DNA of 63,985 nucleotides, the filler included, from Psammoneis japonica (Eukaryota), in assembly GCA_008632985.1 (NCBI GenBank). It is 3 parts of 3 records of this genome, joined end to end, with 100 filler letters (N's around TTAATTAATTAA, not from the genome) between each part and the next. Parts side by side here need not be neighbours in the genome. Positions count along the whole stretch, not along the records: positions 27,721 to 55,223 come from QPGO01000412.1; 2 more parts are not named here. One strand, written 5' to 3'. This document shows, piece by piece, positions 36,466 to 50,522 of this stretch. Position numbers and translations under genes: made by a program. Numbering within the stretch: the first letter of the stretch is position 1; every line of letters starts with the position of its first letter. The notes beneath the pieces are model-generated. The model saw nothing but the letters and a program-made list of their open reading frames with translations. It had not been told where the DNA came from and searched no databases.

Positions 36466-39400
36466 TCAAACAATTGTGAGTTCACGCACAAATCCTCCGT
36501 GTGTGATTTTTGAAACTAACTGAGTTCCCTGCTCCATCATTCTTGTCTGTTGCAATCCGTGCGGAGTGCCATTTTCGTAAATGGAGCTGTTTGGAGAATC
36601 ACTGTCCCCACTGACCGTGCTGTCCTCCTGCTCCGTTTCGCCCTCCGTGTCATGCCCTTCGTCATCTTTCTGAGTTGGACAACTCATCCCGCCATGAAGC
36701 TTGTCACATCCTCCGATGCTGTTTTCGTCCTCTGATGACGAGTGCACAACGTTCCCTTTGGGTTTCTTCCGCGTCGAATGCCAGTCTCCACTGTCCATCC
36801 GCCTGGACCCGTGCAAAATGTGGCAGCCATCATCCTCCGATGCTTCGCCAGTGCATCCCCCTTTGTTGCTCACATTGCCGTCGGTGTCGTCCTCTGACGA
36901 TGAGTGGAGACAATCGCTTCGGCATTTCTTTCTTTTTGCCCCGTGCCTGGACAGGTTCTGCGTCTCCCGTCCTTCGTCGATTCCTGTGCACCCTCCGCCG
37001 ATGCACATGTGTGCATCTTCCTCCACGTCGCCAGAATCCAACTCCACGTGCAAATCTGACGCACCCGAACTGCAGCTTTGGTCGGTGCAGGTGTCACCCA
37101 GCTGATTTGCTCTTTTTGCCCTTTGGCTGTTCGTGTTTGGTTGGTCATCACAACCATCGTTGGTTTCTTCATCGTCGCTGCAACACGAGGACTCGTCGGA
37201 GTCGGAGTGGGCGTCGTTCCTGGTTGCCAATCGAATGGCTCATTGTCTCTTGTCGAAAATGCGATGCACGTCTTCGTCGTCGGATTCATCGTCTGCCACC
37301 GGGTGCAATTGGCGAAGGACTTTCCGCATTGTTTTTCTCTCTGCACAACCAATCTGTGTGGCAATTTGACAAATGACATCCGCGGGGCTCATGTCGCACC
37401 CCTCCTTCCAACACGTGTCCAGGCACCCCGTGATTCTCTCAAGATCTGTTTTTTGCAGTTTGTCCTTGGCTTTTCCGCGATCTTTTCCGTTGTCCTCGGC
37501 CCCTTTCTTTCTCTTCGACAACGTCCCTGTGCTTGCTTCGCCTTGGCTGTTTGGACTTTGGACCTCGACAGCTTGACTGCTTTCGCTTTCTTCGGCCTCA
37601 TTTTCAGTCAATCTGTTGCCCTTTGCACCTTTGTCTTCTTCAGCGTCGTCCTGGCTGTTTCTCTCTTGTCTGTCTTTTCTTTTTTTCGGCCCAAAACATG
37701 TGGGTGTGTTGCCCTCCACCAAAAGGTGCAGCTGTTCAAGGATGTTTGGCATCGCGAGTTTGCCCTTGGAAGTTTTCCGCCTCAGTGCCAACACTGTCTG
37801 CTCTCCCTCGGACTCCAACCTCAACGACGGGTCCACCACCGTTTTGGACATTGTGTCTTGCACAAATGCTGCCAAAGCCGGCTGTGTCTTTTGGTCGTAG
37901 AAATCTTTCCCGCCAAGTGTCACTGGAACCTTGCTCCTGGGATGCAGCGCCATTCCGACGGATTCGAACATTTTCAATCGGTGGCATTTCCCCCTGAACA
38001 TGTTGTGGTGGAGACAGGCGAGTTTTTTGTCCCACCCGCAACCATGCTTCTCGACCAGTTCCGTTGTCATCAATGGCAACATCGAGCAAACTGCCCCAAG
38101 TGCGATCGCCTTCTCATTCTCTTTCTTGCTCCTGGAGCCCTGGAATTGCTTCGAAGATTCCCTCACCCTGCCTTGTGAGAATTGGAATGCCTCCCAGAAC
38201 AGCGTGACGCAGTCCGACATTGCCGCCGGGCACCAGCTGTGGGACTGTGGCAGTCGCTCTTCCGTGTTCCCTGTTTGGATGTGACGGGACATGAGCTCCA
38301 TCGCGTTGTTGATCTGTGACTTAGTCTGCGCAAAACAGTCGAGGAAATGCCATGATGATCTCACCCACTTGTCCGAGAGTGTGGTTTTCCGGGCTCGCAG
38401 CATCCCATCCTCGTTGCAATCGGCCTCCTCTGCTGCCCGACAATGGATTGGTTCCAGAGTCTGTCCAATCTCCTTCGCCATGCTAACTCTGTCTGCTCCC
38501 AGCTCCACCACCTCCCTCAGGAATTTGCCCCTGCTCACTCGCCCTCCCTCATTTGGATCGTTCCATGTTGTGTCAAATCCAAAATGCTTGATCGCGACAA
38601 GCAGCAGCCCCCCGCGCCTTTCGTTTGCCAGTTTCATCAACTGGTTGTGCCGGTGTTTGTATGCCCTCGGTCCGCTTTGCCTCGCCGTTTCTGGGTTTGG
38701 GACGTCAAACAGGCTCTCTGTCACCACACCCAGGTCGAAAAAGCCTTTTGGTTTCGTTGTGCAGTGTCGCAACAAGTCCATTGTTCTGCTCGCAATTGGT
38801 TGCAGAAAAACAGGTGAGTTTTGTTTGTTTGTTCCCTTTTTTTTTTGGCCACGTTCTTTTTGTTTTGCCTTGAAACTGTTTTACAGACTTGCCGGTTCGT
38901 CCCCTCGCATGCTGCGTTTTCCCATTCAACTCTCTCTGCTGACGCAATGGACCACTTGAACATGTTGCGCACTGCGTCGGCCAGCCCCTCCTGGTTGTTT
39001 CTCTTGGGCATGCACACCGTCACGCTTCGCCGGCTTGAATGGAATGCCCCCGCTGCTTGTTGGTGCCTGTTCATCACAAGATGTGGGATGCCTTGTGCCA
39101 TCTCTACCTGGTTTTCTCTGTTTGGTGTCGACAAACAACAATGATGTTGCAATGACGCCAGAATTTCGTTTGCCGATGTGACCGGTGAAACAAAGACCGG
39201 CGATGCCACCCGGGGCATCCCCCACAGAGCCAGGTTGGCCAACCCTTCATCATGGTCGACATGTCTTGAAACGAACGAAATCTCTCGTCCGAGGGGTGTT
39301 CTCTTGAATGCTTCCTTCAGGTTGCCATGCTCCGCGAATGCTTTGCACAGATCCATCGCTGTGACACCTCCGTCGTGCAGTTTCTGCATCACCAGCAGTG

Positions 39401-39872
39401 TCTCGACAAACCCCCTGCAGGTGCAATCTCCCACCCCCTCCTCCATGACGATGTCTTTGGAAGCTGCCACTCTCCTTGTCACCCGTCTGATGTGCATCAT
39501 GTCAGGTGCATCTGCAGGTCTTGATCCAACGTTGTTGATGTGTCTGTTCCGCAAGAACAGGCTGCACAATGGGGTCAAGATCGTTGGATCGGATTTGTCA
39601 CCCGTCATTGGGGAGGTGGCGGAACCGACAAACCCCGCTGGCTCACTGACGTCATCTGACATCCATTGCCTCCGTCTGTCTTGCTTCGACGAAAGCACGA
39701 AGGAAGAGTTTGACATGGCAAACTCTTTCGCATCTCCGCGCAGTTTGTCGGACAGGGTTTTGGCAGCACCGAGTGATGCATCTCGCCCGATGCACGGCAG
39801 AGTCATTGGCGCGAGAGCAAGGCGACTGTGCCCTCTGCTCAACTGCTCCATGTGGACAAAGAGGGCCAGCAC
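36466..39872 (-). pseudogene. Large fragmented unknown gene (ORFs 38721-39872, 37240-38781, 36466-37230)
   Basis: Consecutive same-strand ORFs with protein-like composition and an acidic tail; TpA-depleted. Confidence 0.4.
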
Positions 39873-40574
39873 TCATCCATCCACCACAGTTCGGAACTTG
39901 TCGAAAACACACGTGTCGGCATCTTCATCACCTTCCGCCGTTTGACTGAGGGATGTCATGCCTGATGCTTGGCCCTGAGCACACCGTTGGAATTGTTTGT
40001 TGTGTCACGGTGTGTTTTGCTCGTGTGCATTCCCTTGCCCCTGCGTGCACCGCGCGTTGTCATTTTTTTTGAAATTCTGACACGATTGCGATTTGAATTT
40101 TGAATTTTTCAAATTTTTACCGTTTGTTCACTGTTGTTGTTTTTCAGCATCCCGCACACGGTTTCTTGGCCGTTTTTTGTTCCCAAACTGGCAGTTCCCT
40201 TTTACCAACTTCCCAATTCACGAACCAATCAACTTCAAATTGCTGCTGGTCTGCAGATCAGCATTGTTCAAACCGCCAGATTCTCGCGGATCCGGTGACT
40301 GTTTGTTCTTTCAAACATTTTGTGCACCACAAAATCCCAACTGCCGAATCATTTCATCCCCTCTGACATTGTCCTGTCAGCCGGTCTCATTCGTTGTGGC
40401 AACAACCAAACGATTCACCCCTTGCTTTTTTTTCACGGCACGAAACCTCGGGCGCGGACAGTTGACGTAGCGTCACGACTTGTCATCGAACATCTCGCTT
40501 GCCAAGACTGCAACTGAGGATTCAATCGATCGCTCTCCAAGACTTGCATCAGGCATCCCTTTTCCCTGGCTCAT

Positions 40575-41560
40575 TGACTCTGTCATCCGAGAAATGGCCG
40601 CATGCCTCACCCAACAGCCCGGAATGGGAGCAAGTGGAGGGAGCTGGTTTTGGTTTCTTTTCTGATTGACTGTCTCCAAACACAAGATTTCCCGAGAGCC
40701 TTTGTTTCCACGCTCGCTGCTTTCCGCCGCTCTGTCATCCGAGAAACGGCCGCATGCCTCACCCAACAGCCCGGAATGGGAGCAAGTGGAGGGAGCTGGT
40801 TTTCGTTTCTTTTCTGATTGACTGTCTCCAAACACAAGACTTCCCGAGAGCCTTCATTTCCACGCTCGCTTCTTTCCGCCGCTCTGTCATCCGAGAAACG
40901 GCCACACACCTCACCCAACAGCCCGGAATGGGAGCAAGTGGAGGGAGTGGCTTTTTTTGTCTCTCTGTGATTGGCTTTGCGCGCAGCAACAACTTTTCCC
41001 ACAAGACTTCCCGAGAGCCTTCATTTCCACGCTCGCTGCTTTCCGCCGCTCTGTCGTCCGAGAAACGGCCACACACCTCACCCAACAGCCCGGAACGGGA
41101 GCAAGTGGAGGGAGTGGCTTTTTTCGTCTGTCTGTGATTGGCTTTGCGCACAGCAACAACTTTTCCCACAAGAATTCCCGAGAGCCTTCATTTCCACGCT
41201 CGCTGCTTTCCGCCGCTCTGTCATCCAAGAAACGGCCACACACCTCACCCAACAGCCCGGAACGGGAGCAAGTGGAGGGAGTGGCTTTTTTCGTCTCTCT
41301 GTGATTGGCTTTGCACGCAGCAACGACTTTTCCTGCGTGCTTTGTCGTCCAAGTGGCGACCACAAACCTCACCCAACAGCCCGGAATGGGAGCAAGTGGA
41401 GGGAGTGGTTTTTCGCATCTTTGTGATTGGCTCACCGTGCAGACACGACTTTCCTTTTCGAGACTTGTCATCCGGGAGACGCCTCACCCAACAGACCCCA
41501 ATGGGGAGCAAGTGGAGGGAGCGCCTGTTCGTGTCCTTGTGATTGACTCCCCCAACACCC
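40575..41560. repeat. Tandem array, 7 variable units (~152,152,167,167,124,115 bp spacing)
   Basis: Core ctcacccaacagcccggaa(t/c)gggagcaagtggaggga at ~40606, 40758, 40910, 41077, 41244, 41368, 41483. Confidence 0.9.
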
Positions 41561-41719
41561 TTTGTCACCCGAGAAACTGCCATGCACCCTCACCCTTTGC
41601 ATCTCGTCGTTGACACTTCCTGTCAAGATTGACCCCCCATTCCTGGTTTGTTCTGTAGACCGCTGTTTATTCACATCTCTCTCTCTCTTCGTTGATGTCA
41701 CCAATCTCACGGCCTCGCA

Positions 41720-44700
41720 ATGGTTGCCGTCCAATGCTGCCCCTTCGCTGGCTTGGTTTGCCTCGGTTGCAACAACAAGGCCGGTTGGGACAGAGATTTG
41801 GTCCACAGTGTCAAAAGACACACAGAAAAATTTTGCGGTGCCTGCAGGTTGCCATCCAAAGTCAGCCGATGCCAGCTTCTTGTTAAAGGCGCCCTTGCCG
41901 ACCTCAAGTCACTTGCCAAGACTGTCGCGTTTCTCTCCGACGAACAGTTCCACACACATTTGGTGAACACCTGCACCGTGCCCGTGAGTGGTGCGGTGCA
42001 TTGTCCCGACTGCAAGGCGATTGGGCCATCTGACAGAAAAATGAAAACACTTCACCAAGCAGGTAGAAAAAGGGGTTGCAGCCGACGATGCCAATGCGTC
42101 CAATGTTGCAAGTCTAAGGTTTTGGACTCTCACATGATTCCAAAACGTTTTGCACCAGCCGACACGGCTCCCTGGTTCAAGCGTTGCGTCCTTTGTGCAA
42201 GAGAGCGGGGAATCGGTTTCCCTTCATCTCTTGTGCCAACGACAACCGTTCCACACGAACCACCCACGGCGCCTGTTTCTTCTACTTGTCGCCCAACTTG
42301 GCACTTTTCTCAGCAGTCTGTGTCACCCTGCATTTTCCAGTCATTCGAAAACGGCATCATGTCACTGCCCTGCCATGACGAAGTGCACATCAACAATTTT
42401 GTGTTGGAACTCGAGCGACTCACCCTCCCCTGCGTTGCGCAACCTGAGCTCATGCAGTTCGCCACTGAAGTTTGCGGCTCGATGGCTCTCCGTCACTTCG
42501 ACGGATCATTCACTGCGATGGCCCGTTGTTTCGTGGAAATGACAACTGAGCCAAACAGGTCATGGGAGAAAAACATGATCGATGCGGACTGCCGATTCAT
42601 GGAGCGTGCATTCGATCAACTCGAATCTGTGAACCCCTCATTGTTGATTGATGCACAGAAGGTTGGAAAGTGTGACAACAACGCGTCTTGCAGGAGGACC
42701 AACGTTGCCTTGAAAGACTTCTTGGATGGACTTGAGCGAGTTGTCGATGAAGATGGAGCTGTGACCCACCTGCCGACTGATGAAGACAAAGATCTCTTGT
42801 TCGACCAGGTCTCCTCTCTTGCTGAAAATTTCGACACAGCTGGTGCCATGCCAAGGAAGCTGGGAAAGTTGTCCGTTGACACTCGAAAACGACATGCCTC
42901 CCATTTTTGTGGGATGTTGCTCTTCCTTGCGAGAAGCGCCTCTGAGTTTATGGACCAGACAAGCACGTCCATGATTTCCCAATGCGCTGAGCTGTTCCAC
43001 GCGGGTTCCTGCGAAACAACGGAAGGTCAGGAATTGGCTCTTGGCGCCATTGCGTCTCTCCTTCTGACGTGTTTGCAGGTCGACTCAGAGGTCAGTTACA
43101 GCAGCATGGTCATCAAGTCACATTCCATGCCCGCTGTGTGTTCAATGGCCAGGTCCATCAATGTTTGTCTCGGCAAGGACAAGATTTGTTGTTTCCGTCT
43201 AGAAAGTCCCAAAAAAACTGCATGGCATTTGCTCGGCTTTGCTGCACACGCTGAGGGCAGGATGCGTTGCATGCATGGTGCATGCTTCCTTGTCCGGTGA
43301 TTCGTCTCTGCAGAGGTGTTCACCGGACGCTTCACGTTTGGTGCGCTCGTGTCCCATCATGGAGCTGGCAAACATCGGCCGCCTGTGCAAGACATGCGAA
43401 AGGTTTACATCTCGAGGCAGCGAGAAAGCGCAGCACAAAGTCATTGATGGTGCGGACTCATTCGTCATCAAACACGCAACAGAGTCTTCTTCGTCCGTCA
43501 CAATGGCCCAGCCCCCAATCAAAACTGCTCTGCACAAGTCCTGTTTGGAGTTGGAGGAGAAGATGAAGCGATTGCTTGTTCCAGCGCTTTCTGGGAAGGA
43601 GGTTGAGGTGTTTGACCGCGATGGTGCAAACCTGGACAAAATCAAGCTAGCAGGCGAATTCCTTGATGCCGTTTTGCGTGGTTTGTTCAGCAATTTGGCC
43701 AGTTGCTGTGACTGCGGTGCCTGCCGGTTGTGCACCGAGACTGTCGAGCAGATGAATCGCGTCAGTGGTCGGGCCCCCCAAGGAATCTGAGCCATGCGCA
43801 AGCACCATGGCTGCCTGTTTCTTCTTCCGTCTGCCCAATGGCAAGGTTGCCAGTTTGGATTCATTTCAGCTTGCATTGCTTTTTGCGGAATCTCTTCTCG
43901 ACAACAGCTCCCTCCGGCAGCTCTACGAGGAGGAAGACTTCAAGATCAAATCCTTGTTTGGATCTCAATTTTTTTTTGCCATGCGCGGCTCTGGTCGGCC
44001 ATGGGAAGTTGTCATGTTTCAGTCAGGCGTGACCAACGACACCCAGACCAGCCCGTTCCGGCCCTCAGTTTTGGCCGGCTGGGGCAGGGGTGGTGAGATG
44101 CTCAGCAAACTGTGCTGCAGTTTCGTTCATGGGGAAAGTTGGTGGAGATGGAGTAGACACCGGGTTCTTGGGCCTGCCGGAGATTTCGGCTCAGTTGTTG
44201 ATGGTCTTCCTTTCCATTCATTGTTCTGCTGTTGCAATCCATCTCGGCCGTGAACTCGGTCTTGACATTGGACGCAAACATCTGCTGCAATTCTTCAAGG
44301 TGCTGGAGTTGACTGCTGGGGGGAAGCCACACTGCAAGCCGTGGCCTGACCTCGAGGACACATTTTGTCGCCGTCTCAAGCGGCTTTTTTGTCTGGAGCG
44401 TGGTTCGATGACACTCGGTTCCTTCCGACAGGTTTTCTGTGCTGTTTCTAAGCGCCAAGACGAAATGATGGAAGAAATCGGCCATGTCAGGCAGGGCCAA
44501 AAAGAAACTCTCCCAACATGTGTCCCGCGTGCAAGCAGGGGGCTTCAACCACACTGTCAGCACCCACTTTCGCAACTGCAATTTCTCTGTCCAAATGGGC
44601 AATCAATTGATCGACCCAGATCAGCGCTCGTTCAACGACCAAATGGATGATTTCCACCACGACTGCATTGGAGCTTCACTCCTCGTTCCTGTTCGATCTT

Positions 44701-47671
44701 TGGAGCAATCCAATCACATGGGTCAAGATCAATGGAGGCGACCCCATTTGATGACAGACTCTCAGTGTCTTGGATTCCAGAGAGCCCATGCTGCCATCCA
44801 TTGCGAAATGAAATCTCCGATTCAGCGCATGACACTAACTGAGCCGGTCTCAATGATGCGCGATGCTCTCATCGTAGCCCCTTGTGGCTCGGGGAAGACT
44901 GGCACAATTGCCGCATCAAGCACGCATGCAAGGTTCAGCCATCTTTCAAGGCTGGGCAGAGAGGGCATGCAGCAATGCTTCGAACAGCACCAAGTGGACT
45001 CTGATGTTTTGGATGACCCCGCCGTGCAAGATTTTCTGGAACACTGTGCGACTGACGAATTCCCACCTCCTCCCCACGGTTTTGCCCTTTTGTGTTGTCC
45101 CTCATCGTGCCGCGATGGATGACACAATCTCCAATTTAAACAAAATGCAGTTTGTCACAGCCACTGGTTGGCGTGCTGCGGATGAAATGGAGGCCTTGCT
45201 GCAGCGTTCCGCATTCGCTGGTGATTTAAACTCGGAAAGCGTGGCAGGTTTCGACGTCCTGGTTCCAACAGTGGCGAAGGCTTGCTCCGACGAAGCGCGT
45301 CGATTTGTCGAAGATTGTTGCCGCGCAAAAGTGCTTTGCGCTGTTGTCACGGATGAACCACACATGTTTGTGATGGAGTTGGAGCACATGACATGCCTTG
45401 TCACATTCGTCAACCTCATGTCCAGATTCTCGCACGTGCGCCACCCGGGTGCCAAGGTTTCATCTTAGCGGCAGCAGCCCTGCCTGCTTGTCCACGAGCA
45501 TCGCGACAGTGACAGGATCCTCCTTTGGGAGCGCACCACCAACATGGTTGAACAGTTGTACGATCGGCCACTCTCGCTGCACGGGGCACGACGATCCCGA
45601 AGAGATTCTCGCGGAATGTGCTCAGAAGAGAGGCATTTGGCGACCCAGTGACACCGTCCCATCAAATGTCGCACATGCTGTCTGCAAGGTTCCATCCACC
45701 AATGACCACCGGCATGCTGAGTGCGCCCTGGCACGGTTGAAGCCTTTGCTTGCACAAAAGAACGACTCTGGGTGCCAACCAGACAAGATCCTCATTGTCT
45801 GCAAAACAAAAAACTTGGCACGTCGCGTTCACCTGGTTTTCGGTTCATCCTCTGTCATGCTGCTCGGCAGGGACAGAGACACCCCCGATGACCAGATGCA
45901 GGTCTTTCAAGAGAAATGGATCAATGGCAGCGTGCAGGTTGGTGTCGGCACATCAGTTCTTGCCCAGTCCATCAACCAGGGGAGGTGCAACCTCGTTGTT
46001 TGCCTGGACATGTTGCACAACGCTGTGCTCTGCATGCAGGCATCCGCTCGTGGCGGGCACCGCGGCCAGCCCTCGCTTAGCTTGTTTCTCTGCCGAGAGC
46101 AACAACACAGGCGATGCCTGTCGCCGAAGCCTTTTGACTTCAACGAGCTGCGCATGAGCGGCGTTGACATCGACGACCCCTCATTGAGCCATTCTCTTGG
46201 CACTGAGTCGCTGAGTGGCTTCATCAAAGCCGACGTTTCCCAACACATTTGCAGACGTGTCCACCTCAAGAGAGAGATGGACAAGGCTTTTGACAAATCG
46301 GACGCACATGTGACCAGATTTGAATCTTGTGCAGATCGCGACTGGTGCTGCAATCTTTGTTCTGCCAAGGTGGTTGATGTCATGTCTGTGATGGGTTTTC
46401 ATGGTTACGAAGACCAAGATGCAGACACAATGGATGTTGAATCCGATCCCTTCTTGCCCTGCACAGCCACCCCCATCGCCCTCGATGATGTTGCGTCACT
46501 TGACGGCGATGACGCAAGCACGACGGAGGTGGCACCAAGTCCCTTCTCTCCATCCACCGCCTCTTCCGATGACAGATCATCACCCCCTGATGAATGTCCG
46601 CCAGCCGTCACTCCTCATGATCACTTTTTGACTGCCAACGGGGCTGACTTTGAGGCCGAATTGTGCAATCTTGTTGACTCCGCATCGACAAACAACTCTC
46701 TCCTTGCACCTGACACTGCCAACACAGATGGCTTGCCAGGAGGGGAGGAAACGGCAGCCATGGCTGTTGCTTTGTCCGAATCAAACGGCTCAAACTCTCC
46801 TGGCAATTGTTTTTCCAAGTTGCCTGGCACCAATTTCCCCAGGGGCCGATCCCGTTCTCGGGTTGTTTCAAAAATCAAGCGGCGACAAAAGCCCGATCTT
46901 TTTACCCAGATGCCACAAGAAACCCAGCCCAGGACTCGTTCCTGCAGCCGCTCGAGGGATCGCACAGATCGTGCGATGAGACAAGTTCCGTTGTTTTCCA
47001 CCCGTGGCAACGCGCCTTCCAACAGAGCTGCGGCAGATCCCGCTGTTGCACGAGACACTTTTCCCAAACACAGCTGCCCCGTGCGCGCATTTGTCACCGG
47101 ATCTGACAGACGGCTGCTCCACAGCTGTCCCTGGCACTTTCAAATGGGCCTTCCTCCAGTTCCACGCCATCGAGGGCTGCTTGCAGAGAATCCCTTTGGC
47201 AGCCCCGAGTGCCGGGTTTCCTTCTGCAAGGCACTCAGAGGATGCACAGCCAAATCATTCTGTTTTAAGTGCGGCAACGATGGCATTTCCTGCTCATCGA
47301 AAGCCTTCGATATCAACACCTGCCGCTTTGGTGGTCTCCAAAGCGGCCAAGGTTGTTGTTGTTTTTGCGGCATTTGTCATGACGTGGGGGATGCACATGT
47401 GCGAGAAGCTTGTCTTGGAAATCGCCTTTGGGGGCTTGTTGTGTGGGCTTTCAGGAGTCCCTCCGGGCACAAGCTGGTTGCTGACAGGTGGATCCGCTCT
47501 GGAGCGAAAGGACTCCTTGGGTTTCCGTTTCCTGATCTGTGTTTGTTTTGTGACGTTTCGCCAGAAAAATGGAAGAAGGCTCTGAAGTTTCTCGTTGACA
47601 ATCGTCACGTTAACTGCTGTTTTTGGAGGTGCGTCCTCCATGTCCTCCACGAGCACTCCTTTCGCATTTGA
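41720..47671 (+). pseudogene. Telomere-linked-helicase-like (RecQ family) gene, ~2000 codons, frameshifted
   Basis: N-terminal LVCLGC...VKRH zinc-finger-like segment; motif I LIVAPCGSGKT, II VVTDEPH, III LSGS, IV ILIVCKTK, V VGTSVLAQSIN, VI QASARGGHRGQ; RecQ Zn module CRRVHL...CCNLC. Confidence 0.75.
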
Positions 47672-48264
47672 GCATTGGACTTGTTCATTTCGCGCAAACT
47701 GCTGCACCTGGGACGCCGCCCCACCCCTTCTCTGCCAGCGTTCTCTTTTTGTTTGTTTTTGTTGTCAATGTTAAATGCACTTTTCGAGAACACGCATTTC
47801 CTCTAACACTTGTTCTGCAAGAGCCCCGCCACTGCCGCGTCACATTCTCGCGCGCACTGCGTCACGTTCTCGCGCGTTTTGGGCGCGCGGCAACAACCAC
47901 ACAGCACACACAAACAACACCGCCAAGACGCAGTTGCACACACACACCGTCGAACTGCATCCTGCGCTGCTGCCGACACCCCACCCCTTCTCGACTTGTT
48001 TGCAATTGACGCTGCATTTGTGAGTGCAATGATCTTTGTGGAACTGTTGGTCTCCTGCGATGCGGACTGGCAGCAATGATGGCATTGTTGCCCCATCTAA
48101 TTGGCTGTTCCCCTTTTTTTGTCCACTGCAATTTCCATTCAAATGGGCAATTCCCGCATCTGTTCGGATTTTTTTGTGCAGATTGCAGCAACATGTGCGC
48201 CAGACGCCCCACCACCGTGACGCACCACAAGTTTCTTCCCAGCTGCTTTTTGCACCCCGGTTGT

Positions 48265-49050
48265 CTTGTTGCTGCATCTCTGCATCTTCTGACAATTGTG
48301 CAGCAACGGACGAGTGGGACTGCCAGTCCGTCGCCCAGCAACATTCCGCCAATCGGTTTTCAACAACAAGACCTGGAGAACTGGCTGGGGCACCCTCGTT
48401 GTGTTGTGCAGTTTGACGAAAAAAGGCGCGGCTGATCTTGGTTGCGTTGATGGACGGCGCAAGCGCATTCTGCGTGTTGACATTGGCAACAACATGTTCT
48501 CCCCAGCTGCATGTCGGCGGCTTTGCTCTTGTCTGTGTCTGTCTCGCTGCTGCATCTCTGCGTCTTTTGACAATTGCACAGCAACGGACGAGTGGGACTG
48601 CCAGTCCGTCACCCAGTGACATTCCGCTGATCGGTTTTCAATGACAAGACCTCGAGAACTGGCTGGGGCACCCTCGTTGTGTTGTGCAGTTTGACGAAAA
48701 AAGGCGCGGCTGATCTTGGTTGCGTTGACAGACGGCGCAAGCGCATTCTGCTTGTTGACATTGGCAACAATGTGTTCTCCCCAGCTGCACATTGGCGGCT
48801 TTTGCTCTCGTCTGTGTCTGTCTCGCTGCTGCGTCTCTGCGTCTTCTGACAATTGCACAGCAACGGACGAGTGGGACTGCCAGTCCATCGCCCAGTGACA
48901 TTCCGCCAATCGGTTTTCAACAATGAGACCTGGAGAGCTGGCTGGGGCACCCTCGTTGTGTTGTGCAGTTTGACGAAAAAAAGGCGCGGTTGTTCTCGGT
49001 TTCGTTGATGGACGGCGCAAGTGCATCTGCTTGTTGACATTGGTGATGAC
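48265..49050. repeat. Three ~278-bp tandem units
   Basis: gcaacggacgagtgggactgccagtcc at 48303, 48581, 48860. Confidence 0.9.
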
Positions 49051-49112
49051 ACATTCTCCCAAGTCACACATCGGCGGCTCTGCTTCGTCGTTGTTGTCTC
49101 GTTGCCATTGGC

Positions 49113-50522
49113 TTGGAATGTCGGTCGACAATGGAATGGATGCTCTTGCCGATGCGGCTGTTCTTGCATCGCAAGAACAGGACGAGGAAAGCCGGTCGTC
49201 ACAGGAGGAGAGCAACCAGAATCACGGGGGGGGGGGGAAATGATGTTTCACAGCAGGAAGAGGAAGATGTGGATTCCACAACAAGGGACAATGATGTTTC
49301 ACAGGAGAAGGAAGATGTGGATTCTACCCCAAGATCACCCAAATCCAACGCGGGTGACATTGAAAACATTCCCACCAAGCTCAGGGATTTCGTGACTCTC
49401 GTCAACGGTGACATGGCAAAGCAGGTGTGGGAAAACGTCTTTCGCCATGTTGGTTTGTACGATGTTGTTGACCCAAGCACAGAAACAAAATCACTGTGTA
49501 AATTGGCCAACTCTGGGCTCCGGCAAAATTCCGGGAAAAGGCACGTTTTGGTGCATCACAACCAGAAGGGATTGTCACCTGACATCTGCAAACTTCTCAG
49601 TGAATTTGAACAAGAAAACGAAGGCGACATCGTCGACTTGTTGAGCAACAAACACACCCACATTTTGGCAGTTTGCGCAGTTGACGGCGATCGTTGTGTC
49701 ATCGCGACCGATCTCGTGGCGGTGTTGTTGTGTCGGTGCATTCAAAAAGTGCCAGTCACAATTGTTGACTGCATTCGAGTCGACAAGAACGCCCAGGTCC
49801 ACAATTGTGGGATGTGCCCTTTCCTCATCGGCGTGGCTCAATCTGTCGGCTGCACAGTTGTTGGCACATGGGACACGATGCTGCATTGTCAAGTGAAGCT
49901 CAAGCAATGCCACTGTGAAACTCTGGGTTTCGAGGATGTCACAGATGAAATGAACGAGGAACCGTCTTTGGAAAGAGTGAGGCACCATTGGAATTGGGAG
50001 GATTTGATCAAAGAGGACGGAGAGAACACCCATGCACTCATGGTGAAACGCAAAGTCACCACATGCTCTGCAAGAATTGCGCTGCCCATCTCGCACACAG
50101 AGGATGCTTTTCAACACAATGCAAAATGGTGGCGGGACCGTGATGGGTTCTGGAGCAGCAACAAGGAACCATCAGAGCTGCACAGAGATTTGGTGGAAAA
50201 AGAGAAAGACGTGATTTGCAAATCCTCGGCAGTGATGGTTGGCAGGACGACACTGGACTCTTTCAAACACTCATGGGAAATGTTCATGGATGGTCGACAA
50301 TGGCTTGACATTGGGAGGTGCGTTTGCGAATCCTGCGAAATTTGCATTGGTGGAGTCGACAAGGCCAACAACATCAAGTCACATTTCGAGACAACGGCTT
50401 TGTTTGCAGCAAGCGTCCACTTCTCCTGTCGAACAAGTGAGTTGGCAAACGATGAAACATGGGATGGAGCGACGTGTCGATCAAGCGATTCGGAGTTGGC
50501 CCAAAGGGCCAAATGTGTGTGA
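49113..50522 (+). pseudogene. GNAT-acetyltransferase-like ORF
   Basis: TIVDCIRV...NCGMCPFLI...QCHCETLGF; reading C/H back to Y gives IVDYIRV and YYETLGF, resembling GNAT motifs A/B. Confidence 0.5.

Noticed and set aside
40575..41560. CRISPR-like array (conserved ~37-bp core with intervening sequence)
   Set aside because: Intervening sequences are homologous to each other and too long; no cas genes; eukaryotic context.
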